Sequence record: NZ_CP049261.1
Source of the DNA: a plasmid
DNA: 64,000 nt
Direction: 5' to 3' (one strand)
Shown: positions 31,959 to 43,621 of the stretch, in pieces
Layout of the letters: every line of letters starts with the position of its first letter
Position numbering within the stretch: position 1 is the first letter of the stretch
Notes under the pieces: generated by a model
Seen by the model: the letters and a program-made list of their open reading frames with translations, nothing else
Told to the model about the DNA's origin: nothing
Database searches by the model: none
Program-made: the position numbers and the translations under genes

Positions 31959-32843
31959 TTATACGTGGCTTTTACCGCGCGACCAGTACGCCATAAAACA
32001 GGCACGGGCGGGATCGAGCTGGCGCTCACGCGTCAGGTAGTGACGCAGCCGTTTCACCGCGCCGGACTCCGCGGCCACCCAGGCGCGAAACGCCCCTGCC
32101 CCGCCAGCACGCTGCCAGATGAGCGTTTCTTCGTCGTCATCTTCGGTCACCTGCGCCGACACCTGCCCGCTTACGGGTAACGTCGCGGCGTCTTTCACCG
32201 CTTCCAGCAGGCGCTCGCCATGCGCCGCGTTTTCATCACGCGCCAGCCAGTGAATATCGGCAAAGGGGTAACGCAGCGGCTGGATATCCTGCGCCAGCGG
32301 CACTTCCAGAAACGCCTGGACGCGCGGCGGCGCAGGCTGGCGCGCGAGCTGTTCAAGGATGCCGAGCGCGGCGGGCAGCGCGGTTTCATCGGCCACCAGC
32401 AGCGCCTGACGAAGGGCGTCGTCAGTGCTCCATTCATAGCCGCCGCTGTCGCCAGGGAAATCACGATCCGGCGCGACGACTTGCAGCGTATCGCCTGGTG
32501 CTGCGTTCATCGCCCAGCGCGACGCCGGGCCGTTGTCGCCATGAAGGACGAACTCGACATCCAGCTCGCACGCCTCTCTGCGCAGCGCGCGCAGCGTGTA
32601 GGTGCGCATAAAAGGCCGCCGCTCGCGCGGCAGCGCCAGATAATCCTGATACCAGCTGTCGCTCACCGGCAGCCGGGCGGTGTTGCCGTCGGGTCTGGCG
32701 AACATCAGCTTGATGCGCTGATCGGGCGCTTCATGTTTCATGTGCGCCACGTCCGGACCGGTAAACACGCAGCGCAGCAGCGAAGGGGTGACAGCAATGC
32801 GACGGCGCAGCGTCACGTTAAAAATGCGGTAACTGGCGGTCAT
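31959..32843 (-). CDS. siderophore-interacting protein (ViuB/YqjH-like ferric-siderophore reductase, FAD-binding)
   Basis: 294 aa. FAD_binding_9 N-terminal beta-barrel (RRPFMRTYTLRA) plus C-terminal SIP domain. Confidence 0.75.
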   Translation of the reverse strand: MTASYRIFNVTLRRRIAVTPSLLRCVFTGPDVAHMKHEAPDQRIKLMFARPDGNTARLPVSDSWYQDYLALPRERRPFMRTYTLRALRREACELDVEFVLHGDNGPASRWAMNAAPGDTLQVVAPDRDFPGDSGGYEWSTDDALRQALLVADETALPAALGILEQLARQPAPPRVQAFLEVPLAQDIQPLRYPFADIHWLARDENAAHGERLLEAVKDAATLPVSGQVSAQVTEDDDEETLIWQRAGGAGAFRAWVAAESGAVKRLRHYLTRERQLDPARACFMAYWSRGKSHV

Positions 32844-34070
32844 ACGGCAGGCTCCTGCGGCGCGGCGTGACGCCAGACGCCGATGCTTAACAGTAAAAAC
32901 AGCGCGGCGGCGATAAAGGCGGCAGCAATCAGCATGTGCTCGCCAAACCAGAGAGAAATCACCGGCACCAGCAGGGCGCTGGCACCGTAACCGAGCGTGT
33001 GGCTGGTGGCGATAACCCCCGCGCCTTTACCGGTGGTGAGACGGTCATTCAGCAACACCTGATAGCCAGGCGTCGCCATCGCCGCGCCGAAAGAGGTCAC
33101 GGCGATACCGGCGTAAAAGGCAATAAGCCCCGGCAGGATCATCAGCAGCAGACCGGCGGCCATCAGTACCGCCGCCGCCAGCAGCAGCGCGCGCGGCTGA
33201 AGGCGCTGCGGGCGCACCACCAGGAACTGCGCCAGCAGCGTGCTCGCCGCCGCCAGGCTTAACAGCAGCGCCACGTGATGGCTAACGGCACGGAGATCGC
33301 CATGAAACAGCGGCCTCAGATGCGGCGACAGGCCGAGCTGCATCAGGCTGATCGCGGCGGCCAGCAGTAACGCGAGCAAAAGGAAAGGCAGCATATCCGC
33401 ACGCAGGCGCGCCGACTGGTGCGCCACGGGCGCAAGCGGCGGATCGTTATGCTGGCGCGCCACCAGCAGCAGCGCGATAAAGGGCGCGAGCGCCATCAGC
33501 CAGAGCGGCATCTGCGGGTGGACGCTCAGCGCGGCGGCGGCCAGCGGCGGGCCGATAAGACGCCCGCAGCTCAGCCCGGAACTGATGGAAGCAAGCGCCG
33601 CGAGCCGGTGCTCCATGCCCGCCCGCTGCATGGCCCACGTCTGCGCGGCGGGCACCATGCCGGAAACCGTCAGGCCGTAAAGCGCGCGCGAGACAATCAG
33701 CCCGGCAAGCCCTGAGGCAGCGCCGACCACGCCGCGCGCCATCCCCAGACCACCAGCGCCATCACGGCGAAACTCAGCAGATAGCCGCCGAGCGCCGCCA
33801 CGACCACAAATTTACAGCCACGTATTTCCGTCTGGCGTCCCCACCAGGGCGATCCGGCAGAAACAGCATCGAGCCGAACATTAGCAGGCCGGCCCAGACG
33901 GAGAGCGACAGTCCCGTCATCTGCACCAGTTGGGGTAACACCACCAGCAAACCATTCTGCCCGATCCCGAGCAGACCCGCGCACAGCGCCAGCGGCCAGA
34001 GCGATTGTCCTGTGCGGCGGCGTGTACAGCGTGAGAAGAAGCATCCATAAGCAGGTAAATATATTGTCAA
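32840..34070 (-). pseudogene. MFS transporter (ShiF-like, upstream of aerobactin genes). At least one frameshift
   Basis: The 300 aa ORF is the C-terminal 7-8 TM helices. N-terminal helices are found in ORFs 33774-34070 and 33697-34167, in other frames. Confidence 0.6.
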
Positions 34071-34142
34071 TAAAGATGAGGGAATTATGAATTAATGAAA
34101 ACAAATATTGCAAAATAGTTGCCACTGTAAATAGAATCCCTA

Positions 34143-34163
34143 TCATAACGATAATCATTATCA
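34143..34163 (+). promoter_or_regulatory. Fur box upstream of iucA
   Basis: ACGATAATCATTATCAAC matches the Fur consensus GATAATGATAATCATTATC. It lies 20-40 nt upstream of the iucA ATG (34181). Confidence 0.75.
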
Positions 34164-34180
34164 ACAAAGGATGTGTTTGT

Positions 34181-35914
34181 TATGGTTTCCCTGCCCCGCC
34201 CTGCCGCGACAGATGTTGCGGCTCAGTGTTTTCTTAACGCGCTGCTGCGTGAAACCGGGACTGGCAACTGATCCCCGGCGCATTACCGCAGGAGCCGGCG
34301 CAGATCCATTTACCGCTCTCTGAGACGCAGGCAATCCGCATTGCGCTGCGCTACTTCTCCCGACGCAACATCATCAGTATCTGTTTCCGGCAATGCTGGT
34401 GGCAAGCGATAACGATAGCTGCGAAGCCGTTGATTTCACGCAGCTTGTCGACCTCATTCTGGCGAAGCCCGCCGTAAAAGGCGAACTGACCGATGACGTG
34501 CTGGCCCGTTTTGCGCGCCGCGTTCAGGAGAGCCACCGCCATACCTGGCAGGCGATTGAACTGCGTCACGACTGGGCCACGCTTCGCGCGCAGCCGCTCA
34601 ACTTTGCAGAGGCTGAACAGGCGCTGCTGGTCGGGCATGCGTTTCACCCGGCACCGAAATCGCACGAGCCGTTTAATGAGACCGAAGCCCGCCGCTATCT
34701 GCCGGATTTCGCGCCACGCTTTCCGCTGCGCTGGTTTGCGGTGAATAAGGCGTATGTGGCAGGCGAGAGCCTGGCGTTAAATCTGCGTACGCGTCTGCTG
34801 CGTTTTCGCGGCCCAGAGCGCGCCTGCGCTGCTTGAGCTCTTTACCGATACACGCTGGCTGGTGCCGATGCACCCGTGGCAGGCCGAGTATCTGCTCGCG
34901 CAACCCGGGTGCCAGGCGCTGGTGAGAAGGGCGAGCTTACCGATCTGGGCGAAGCGGGCGCGCCGTGGCTGCCGACCAGTTCATCGCGTTCGCTTTACAG
35001 CGAACCAATAACGACATGATCAAATTCTCGCTCAGCGTGCGCCTCACCAACTCGGTGCGCACGCTGTCGGTGAAAGAAGTGAAACGCGGCATGCGTCTGG
35101 CGCGGATGGCGCAGACTCCCGCTGGCAGGCGTTGCAGGCGCGCTACCCGACGATGCGCGTCATGCAGGAAGATGGCTGGGTGGGCCTTTGCGACACGCAG
35201 GGACTATTCAGGAAGAGAGCCTGATGGCGCTGCGCGTCAATCTGCTGTTCGACACGCCAGAAACACAGACCAACGTGCTGGTGAGCCTGACTCAGGCCGC
35301 GCCGGACGGCGGCGACAGCCTGCTGGCCTGCGCCGTGCGCCGCCTCAGTGAACGCCTCAGCCTGCCGCTCGCACAGGCGGCGCGCTGCTGGGTGCAGGCG
35401 TACTGCGAACGCATTCTGCTGCCGCTTTTCAGCGCCGAAGCCGATTACGGCCTGGTGCTGCTGGCGCATCAGCAAAACATTCTGGTGGAGATGCAGCAGG
35501 ATCTGCCGGTCGGCCTGATTTATCGCGACTGTCAGGGCAGCGGGTTCACCGATGGCGCGCTGCTGTGGCTTGCGGAGGCCGGCGAGCCGGAAGCGGAAAA
35601 CCGCTTCAGCGAAGCCCAGCTGCTGCGCTACTTCCCGTATTACCTGCTGGTGAATTCCACGCTGGCGGTGACCGCCGCGCTGGGTGCCGCCGGGTTGAGA
35701 GCGAAGAAAACCTGATGGCGCTGGTGCGTGACGCGCTCGCGCAACTGCGAGCCACCGCGCGCGACACCCGCTGTCTCGATTATGTGCTGGAGAGCCGCCA
35801 CTGGAACTGCAAGGGCAACTTCTTCTGCTATCTGCACGATCACAATGAAAACACCATCGCCGACCGGCGGTCATCTACTTTAACTTCGACAATCCGTTGC
35901 AGGAGCACGCATGA
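34181..35914 (+). pseudogene. iucA: aerobactin synthase IucA (NIS synthetase). Multiple frameshifts
   Basis: IucA/IucC family sequence is distributed over the ORFs at 34181, 34393-34836, 34965-35351, 35188-35715 and 35565-35921. The end ...FNFDNPLQEHA-stop overlaps the iucB ATG. Confidence 0.85.
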
Positions 35915-36856
35915 TGCCTGAAGCGCACATTGTTCATGACGGTTACGGTTTTCGCTGCGCGACGCTCAATCTGGCGCTGCCGCTGACCCTCGGGCTTGAC
36001 GGCAGCGCCGTACTGCATCATCCGGGCGACGTGCCAGACGGGTGGCTGGCGGCCGCTCTCGATCAGTTGTTTGTCGCGGCGCCTGCCCTCACGGGCATTA
36101 CGCTGCCGTGGCGCAGTGGCGCGATGAGCCGCAGGCGCAGGCGCTGTTTGACGCCGTGCAGTGCGATTATCTGGCGCGCGACACGTTCTGGCAGCTGCCG
36201 CTGTGGCTGCGCGGCGAACGCATCGCCGCACGTGCGGGAATACAGTTTGACGAGACGCGCCAGCTCGCGTTCCCGGCGCGTCCGCCGCGCCAGAAGGCGA
36301 CGTCTATCGCCGCTACGATCCGCAAATCAAACGCATGCTCAGTTTCCGCGTGGCGGATGTGTCGCAGATGCGGAGCGTTTACCCGCTGGATGAACGCGCC
36401 GCGCGTGAACGCCTTCTGGGAGATGGCCGGGCCGCAGGCGGAGCAGGAAAAATATCTGCGTAAGCAGCTCGACGCGACGTACTGCTACCCGCTGATCGGC
36501 TGCTTCGACGACGAACCTTTCGGCTATTTGAAATTTACTGGGCTGCGGAAGACCGTATCGGCCGCCACTACCGCTGGCAGCCGTTCGATCGCGGGCTGCA
36601 CATGCTGGTCGGCGAAGAGCAGTGGCGCGGCGCGCAGTACATCCGCAGCTGGCTGCGCGGGCTCAGCCACTATCTGTGGCTGGACGAGCCGCGCACGCAG
36701 CGTCTGGTGGCGGAACCGCGCTTCGATAACCAGCGTCTGTTCCGCCATCTGCCGGTCGCCGGTTTTGAAACCGTGAAAGAGTTCGATTTCCCGCACAAGC
36801 GCTCGCGGCTGGTGATGAGCCAGCGCAGCCGTTTCTTCAGCGAGGTGGGACTATGA
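35911..36856 (+). pseudogene. iucB: N6-hydroxylysine O-acetyltransferase IucB. Frameshifted
   Basis: MMPEAHIVHDGYGFRCATLNL...LPWRS at the N-terminus. The C-terminal piece LVGEEQWRGAQYIRSWLRGLSHYLWLDEPRTQR...KEFDFPHKRSRLVM matches IucB. Confidence 0.85.
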
Positions 36857-38591
36857 CGGCCTTGCTTTGGGAGCGCGTAAACCGCGAGATGGTGGCGAAA
36901 ATGCTCGCCGAGCTGGAATATGAACGCACGCTGACGGCGCAGGAGACAGACGCAGAACGCTGGACGATTGCGCTTGGCGATGAGACCTGGACATTTGACG
37001 CGAAGCGCGGCATCTGGGGCTGGCTGCATATCAACCGGCGACGCTCGCAAACGAAAGCGGCAGCGCCATTGAGGCTGAAAGCGCCCTGCGCCAGCTGGCC
37101 GTGTGCTGAAAATGAGCGATGCGCAGACGGCGGAGCATCTCGAAGATCTCTATGCCACGCTCAGGGGCGATATGCAGTTGCTCCAGGCTCGTGAAGGCTA
37201 AACGCCGACGCGCTTGTCGATATGGATCCGGATGAACTGCAGTGCCTGATGTCAGGCCATCCGAAATTTATCTTCAACAAAGGGCGTCGCGGCTGGGGCT
37301 GGATGCGCTGAAGGCTTACGCGCCGGAATACCGTGGCCGTTTTCGCCTGCACTGGGTGGCGGTACGCCGTGACCTGATGATCTGGAGCAGCGACGCCGAC
37401 TGCGACATCAATAACCTGCTGGCAAGCGCGATGGACGACAGCGAACGCCAGCGTTTTACCCGTTACTGGCAGGCGCTCACTCTGGATGACCACTGGCTGC
37501 CGGTGCCGCTGCATCCGTGGCAGTGGCAGCAGAAAATCGCCCTGCATTTCCTGCCGCAGCTGGCGCGTGGTGAAATTATCGATCTCGGCGTGTTTGGCGA
37601 TGAATACATCGCCCAGCAGTCGCTGCGCACGCTGACCAACGTCAGTCGCCGCTCGGCGTTCGATATCAAACTGCCGCTCACCATTTACAACACCTCCTGC
37701 TATCGCGGCATTCCCGGCAAATACATCGCCGCGGGCCGCTCGCCTCGCGCTGGCTGCAACAGCAGTTCGCCGCTGATAAAACGCTGCTGGCACTGGGCGC
37801 GCAGATCCTCGGCGAGCCTGCGGCCGGTTACGTGACCCACACGGGCTACGCTGCCCTGCAAACCGCGCCCTATCGCTATCAGGAGATGTTTGGCGTGATC
37901 TGGCGGGAAAACCCCTCCTGCTGGCTGCGCCCTGGCGAACAGGCCGTGCTAATGCCGCGCTGATGGAAACCGACAACGCGGGCCGTCCGCTGATTGACGC
38001 GTGGATCGCCCGCTCGGGCCTGAGCGCCGAAGCGTGGCTTTCACAGCTCTTCCGCGTGGTTGTTATTCCTTTTATCACTTGTTGTGCCGCTACGGCGTGG
38101 CGATGATCGCCCACGGCCAGAACGTGACGCTGGTGATGAAAGACCATGTGCCGCAGCGCATTCTGCTGAAGGATTTCCAGGGCGATATGCGTCTTGTGGA
38201 TGAAACGTTCCCGGAAATGGAGAGCCTGCCCGAGCCGGTCAAAGCCGTCACGGCGCGCCTTTCTGCTGATTACATTATTCACGATTTACAGACCGGGCAT
38301 TTTGTTACGGTGCTGCGTTTTGTTTCGCGCCTGACTGAACAATGCGGCGTCAGCGAAACCCGGTTCTATCGCCTGCTCGCGGACGTGCTGCAGGACTATA
38401 TGGCCGCGCACCCGGAGATGGCGGCGCGCTTCGCGCTGTTTGATCTCTTTAAACCGCAGATCATTCGCGTGGTGCTGAACCCGGTAAAGCTCACTTTCTC
38501 AGAGCATGACGGCGGCAGCCGCATGTTGCCCAATTACCTCACCGATCTTGATAACCCGCTGTATCTGGTCACCAGGGAGACCGCATCATGA
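36853..38591 (+). pseudogene. iucC: aerobactin synthase IucC (NIS synthetase). Frameshifted
   Basis: ORFs 36853-37194, 37242-37835 and 38001-38591 are collinear with IucC. They contain MTALLWERVNREMVAKMLAELEYER, HPWQWQQKIALHFLP, and AHGQNVTLVMKDHVPQRILLKDFQGDMRLV. Confidence 0.85.
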
Positions 38592-39905
38592 AAACGTACG
38601 ATTTCATCGGCATTGGCATCGGCCCGTTCAATCTCAGCATCGCCGCGCTCGCCGAAGGCTTGACGGCTTCAGCTCGCTGTTTCTTGAACGCAAACCGCAC
38701 TTCTCCTGGCATCCGGCATGATGGTGCCGGACTGCCATATGCAGACCAGTTTCCTGAAAGATCTGGTCAGCGCGGTGGAGCCAACCAACCGTTACAGTTT
38801 TCTGAATTACCTGGTGCAGCGTAAAAAGTTTTACCGTTTCCTGACCACCGAACAGCGCACGGTGTCCGCGAAGAGTTCGCCGATTACCTCTGCTGGGCGG
38901 CGGATAACCTGAGCAATCTGTCGTTCAGCCAGCAGGTGCAGCAGGTGAGTTTTAACGAGGCCAGCGGGCTGTTTGAAGTGGTGACCCAGCGCGATCGTTT
39001 CTTCGCACGCCACGTCTGCATGGGCATCGGCAAACAGATTAACCTGCCCGACTGTGTGCCGGCGCAGAACGACAGTTGCTTCCACGCCAGCGAAATGATG
39101 CTGCGTACGCCATCGCTTGCCGGTAAGCGCGTCACGGTCGTTGGCGGCGGCCAGAGCGGCGCCGATCTGTTCCTGAATATTTTCCGCGGCGAGTGGGCCA
39201 GCCCGCGGCACTGAACTGGGTGTCGCGCCGCAACAATTACAACGCGCTCGATGAAGCCGCGTTCGCGAATGAATATTTCACGCCGGAATACCTTGAAAGC
39301 TTTGCCACGCTCGATGAGAAAACGCGCTGCGATCTGCTCGCCGAACAGAAGATGACGTCTGACGGCGTGACCTGCGAATCGCTGCTCGCTATCTATCGCG
39401 CCATGTACCACCGCTTTGAAGTGCTGCGTGAAAAACCCTGGGCGCAGCTGCTGCCGTCGCGCTCGGTCACCCGCGTGACGTCACAGGCGCAGGGCCAGCG
39501 TCTGTCGCTGCGCCATCATCTGGACGGCGGCCAGGAAACGCTGGATACCGATGTGGTGATTTTCGCGACCGGCTATCGCCCTGCCCGTCCGGCGTTCCTC
39601 GCCCGCTGGCGCATCGGCTGGAGCTGGACGAACGCGAAGGCTTCCGGGTTAATACCGATTTCACGCTGGCGTGGAACGGCCCCGGCGCAAACCATCTTTT
39701 TGCCGTCAATGCCGGGATGCACAGCCTCGGCATTGCGGAACCCCAGCTCAGCCTGATGGCCTGGCGGGCCGCGCGCATTCTCAATGTCGCGCACCCTGAT
39801 GCGCCGTTTGAACTGAGCACCACCCCTGGCGTGATCCAGTGGCTTTCCCGGCCGGAAACGGTCACCCGCCAGGTTTCTCAACCTGTAAACAGCACTGACT
39901 ACTAA
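38588..39905 (+). pseudogene. iucD: L-lysine N6-monooxygenase IucD. Frameshifted
   Basis: MKTYDFIGIGIGPFNLSIAALAE (FAD GxGxxN motif), then GKRVTVVGGGQSGADLF (NADPH motif), then the C-terminus. It is spread over 5 ORFs. Confidence 0.85.
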
Positions 39906-39927
39906 CAGACTCAGGAACATCATAACA

Positions 39928-42119
39928 ATGAAGCGTCATCATCTTTGGGTATTGAATCCTTGTTTACTTGCCATGATTTCTGCCTCCGCCTGGGGGGCAC
40001 CGCAGAAAGAAGAGACGCTGGTGGTTGCCGCCAGCCGTACCGGACACAGCGCGGCGGATATGGCACAGACCACGTGGGTTATCGAACAGGCTGACATTGA
40101 ACAGCAGGTTCAGGGCGGTAAAGAGTTAAAAGAAGTGCTGGCACAGCTGATCCCCGGCATGGATGTCAGCAGTCAGGGGCGCACCAATTACGGCATGAAC
40201 ATGCGTGGCCGCTCCATGATGGTGATGGTTGACGGCGTGCGTCTGAACTCCTCACGCAGCGACAGCCGCCAGCTGGATTCCATCGATCCGTTTAACATTG
40301 AGCGCATCGAAGTTATCTCCGGTGCGACCTCGCTGTACGGCGGTGGCAGCACCGGCGGTCTTATCAATATCGTGACCAAAAAAGGCCAGCCGGAGACGCA
40401 GGTTGAGTTCCAGACCGGGATGAAAACCGCTTTAACAGCCATAACGATCATGACGAAAATATGGCGGCAGCGGTGAGCGGCGGCAATGACAATGCCTCCG
40501 GGCGTCTGTCCGTCGCCTATCAGCGCTATGGCGGCTGGTACGACGGTAACGGCGATGAATCCATTATCGATAACACCCAGACCGGCCTGCAGTATTCTGA
40601 CCGACTGGACGTGATGGGCACCGGCACGCTCAATATTGATGATCACCAGCAGCTGCAGCTCACCACGCAATACTACAAAAGCCAGTCCGACGGTAAACAC
40701 GGCCTGTTCCTCGGCGAGAATTTCTCAGCGGTCACCGGCAACGGCACCGCCTACAACAAAGGCAATCTGGATTCAGACCGTCTGCCCGGCACTGAACGCC
40801 ACCTGATTAATCTGCAGTATTCAAATTCTGATGCCTGGGCCAGGATCTGGTCGCACAGATTTACTACCGCGATGAGAGCCTGACCTATTACCCGTTCCCG
40901 ACGCTGAACGGCGATAAAACGCGGGTAACCAGCATTGGTGCCTCACAGCAGAAAACGGATTTCTGGGGCGGCAAACTCACAGTCAACAGCAAGCCGCTGG
41001 ATTCCCTTTCTCTGACCTATGGTGTGGATGCCGAGCATGAAACCTTTAATGCCAACCAGCAGTTTTTCGATCTGAATAAAGCGGCCGCCAGCGGCGGCAT
41101 GAAGCTTGATAACGCATATAACGTCGGGCGCTACCCGGATTACAGCATTACGAACCTGGCTCCGTTCCTGCAGGCAAGTTATGACATCGATGCGATCACG
41201 TTAAGCGGCGGTGTGCGCTATCAGTACACCGAGAATAAGGTCGATGATTTTGTCGGTTATACCCAGCAGCAGGGCATCGCCACCGGTAAAGCGACGTCTG
41301 CGGATGCCGTGCCGGGCGGCAAAACGGATTACAACAATCTGCTGTTTAACGCCGGTATTCTCGGCCACCTGAGTGAACGTCAGCAGCTGTGGTTTAACTT
41401 CTCACAGGGGTTCGAACTGCCCGATCTCGCCAAATATTATGGCTCCGGCACCTATCGTCTTGAGAATGGCCACTACCGTTTGCTCAAAAGCGTTAACGTG
41501 AATGACTCGCGTCTGGACGGTATTAAAGTCGACAGCTATGAGCTCGGCTGGCGTTACACCGGCGATAACCTGCGTACCCAGCTCGCGGCGTACTACTCGG
41601 TTTCTGACAAGACCATTAACATTAACAAGACCGATATGACCATCACCCTGGATGACGACAAGCGTCGTATCTATGGGCTTGAAGGCCAGGTCGATTACTT
41701 CTTCAGTGACAGCGCGTGGAGCACCGGCGCGAACTTTAACGCCATCAAATCGGAAACCCGCGTGGACGGCGACTGGAAAAAGCTGACGGTCGACAGCGCC
41801 AGCCGTCTAAAGTCAGCGCCTGGGTTAACTGGGCACCGGATAACTGGACCCTGCGCCTGCAGAGCACCCAGACATTCGATGTGTCTGATGATGCCGGTAA
41901 GAAAATCGACGGCTATAACACGATGGACTTTATCGGCAGCTATGCGCTCCCGGTCGGTAAAATCGCGTTCAGTGTCGAAAACCTGCTGGATAAGGATTAC
42001 ACCACCGTCTGGGTCAGCGCGCGCCAGGATTGTACAGTCCGACTTATGGCTCACCGGATCTCTATACCTACAAAGGCCGCGGTCGTACGTTTGGCCTGAA
42101 TTATTCCGTTCTGTTCTGA
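39928..42119 (+). pseudogene. iutA: TonB-dependent ferric aerobactin receptor IutA. Frameshifted
   Basis: Signal peptide and TonB box (ETLVVAASR). Plug domain. A beta-barrel whose fragments fall in ORFs 40461-40883, 41024-42229 and 41881-42099. The C-terminus is ...YKGRGRTFGLNYSVLF. Confidence 0.8.
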
Positions 42120-42136
42120 TTACCGCCACACCACAC

Positions 42137-42163
42137 AGGCCGCCTGAGCGCGGCCTTTTTTAT
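42137..42163 (+). terminator. rho-independent terminator after iutA
   Basis: AGGCCGC-CTGAGC-GCGGCCT followed by TTTTTT. Confidence 0.7.
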
Positions 42164-42364
42164 TGCCGCTTTCTGAAGATGTCTCGCAAAAACGCGCTCG
42201 CCGGCAGGGCTCACCGTAGTGGTTATTGATTTCCGTTCTTTCCGTGTTGTGTGCCTTAGCTTTTGGCTGATAACTCTTCCCGAACTACCTGAAACGATCT
42301 TCTTTTCCCGTCATTTGGGCTTTTCTGCCTTCGCCGTCCGCTGAAATTTCTGGCAGGAAAGGCG

Positions 42365-42640
42365 TCATAAGCATGGCGATTTCACCGTGAAATAATTCAT
42401 AAATACCATTTAAAATCAAATACTTAACCTCATAATCAGCGTGGCGAAATGCGTGAAATTTCAGTACGTGCGGCAGCAGACGTTAACACATCCACTGTAG
42501 AGAGCAGGCGAACAAGTCAGAGGCGATGCTGTGGAATAAAGAAAGGCGAGGCGAATAGTGGCGATTTCACCGTGAAATCCGTTCAGGAAAAAACGTTATT
42601 TCAGGGCGTTAACGGTGAAATCACCATGGCGAGCAGGCAG
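42365..42640. repeat. candidate partition centromere (sopC/parS-like) downstream of sopB: three copies of an about 20-bp site (CATGGYGATTTCACCGTKAA) built on the 7-bp inverted repeat ATTTCAC-CG-GTGAAAT
   Basis: Copies at about 42368-42391 (+), 42556-42579 (+) and 42611-42634 (inverted). A weaker partial copy is at 42442-42463. No credible ORF is present; 42449-42730 is a non-coding-looking call. Confidence 0.45.
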
Positions 42641-42645
42641 CCCGC

Positions 42646-43614
42646 TCAGGAGAGATGCTTCTTCAGAACGCTTTCAATGGCCTGGTCGAGTTCATCCTGT
42701 ACGTCACGCGACAGGCGGTTGAACTCATAGCTGAAGAGTCGTCCTTTAGTGCGCTTACGGGCGAAACGGTCTTTATCAGAGAAACGCCAGAGCGGGGAAA
42801 TAACCGCTTTGTCTTTCGGGCCCGGCGACGTGAGCAGCTCCCCTTCACGCGCGATAATGCGCATGATGCGGTTCTTCACTTCATCTTCCGCCAGATCGGT
42901 GTCTGATAGTACGATATCCACTTCACTGGCGATGGAATCGGTCAGTGTTTTCAGTGCGATGTCATTTTTCAGCAGCGTTTCTTCGACAGCGCTCAGCGTT
43001 TTATAGTCGCTGAATGTCAGCTCGGACTGAACCGGGAAGAACGCCAGCAATTCAGCACAGACCGACGCCGCCTGTAAAGCGCGGGTGACTTTAGCCTGCG
43101 ACAGCCCTTCCTGCTCGGCTATCTCTTTCTGACTCAGGCCTGCGTTTTTCAGCGCCATCAGCCGCAATCCGATTTCACGGATGTTGTGCTCTTTTGCCGT
43201 CTGGATATCTTTGGCGAGCTTGCGCGCCTCTTCTGATGTCAGCGCCGCTTCCGTCACCAGTACAGTCAGACCAGTATGACAGATGAGTGCCGCTGCACGA
43301 CGGCGGGAGCCGTCCAGAATTTCAATACGGTCACCCGCTTTCACGCCAATCGCCGGAAAGAACTGCTGGAATTTCAGCGTGCGGGTGATATCGCGCAGCG
43401 ATTCCGGCGTCAGCGCTGACTGCTCGCGCCCGTTGGTTTCCTGACGAACGAAGGTTTTTTCCGCCACATCCGCAGGCGCGACGCTTTCCAGCCGGAAGGT
43501 GGCTTTACGCCCGGAACTGAGTACAAACACTGACGTGAAAGTTTCAGCGTCCGTGCTCTCTTTAAACGGGGAATGGGTGAGTGTACGGCCAATCGTGACT
43601 CTTTTTGTGCTCAT
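42646..43614 (-). CDS. sopB: plasmid partition protein SopB (ParB family)
   Basis: 322 aa (F SopB is 323 aa). ParB box ILDGSRRRAAAL matches SopB IADGSRRRKAAAL. It sits directly downstream of sopA. Confidence 0.85.
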   Translation of the reverse strand: MSTKRVTIGRTLTHSPFKESTDAETFTSVFVLSSGRKATFRLESVAPADVAEKTFVRQETNGREQSALTPESLRDITRTLKFQQFFPAIGVKAGDRIEILDGSRRRAAALICHTGLTVLVTEAALTSEEARKLAKDIQTAKEHNIREIGLRLMALKNAGLSQKEIAEQEGLSQAKVTRALQAASVCAELLAFFPVQSELTFSDYKTLSAVEETLLKNDIALKTLTDSIASEVDIVLSDTDLAEDEVKNRIMRIIAREGELLTSPGPKDKAVISPLWRFSDKDRFARKRTKGRLFSYEFNRLSRDVQDELDQAIESVLKKHLS

Positions 43615-43621
43615 AGTATTC

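Noticed and set aside
34673-38282. Minus-strand ORFs inside the aerobactin genes (35143-35874, 35875-36231, 36670-37050, 37161-38282).
   Set aside because: They are antisense to iucA/B/C, with Arg/Gln/Ala-rich composition and no RBS context.
34181-42119. Calling the aerobactin locus a genuinely decayed (inactivated) siderophore system.
   Set aside because: Every lesion is a frame-only indel, consistent with the homopolymer-error pattern seen window-wide. The regulatory signals and the terminator are intact. Pseudogene labels are used only to reflect the sequence as given.
42449-42730. 93-aa ORF on the plus strand downstream of sopB.
   Set aside because: It spans the putative centromere repeats and overlaps the sopB 3' end. 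It has no RBS. The repeats explain the region better.
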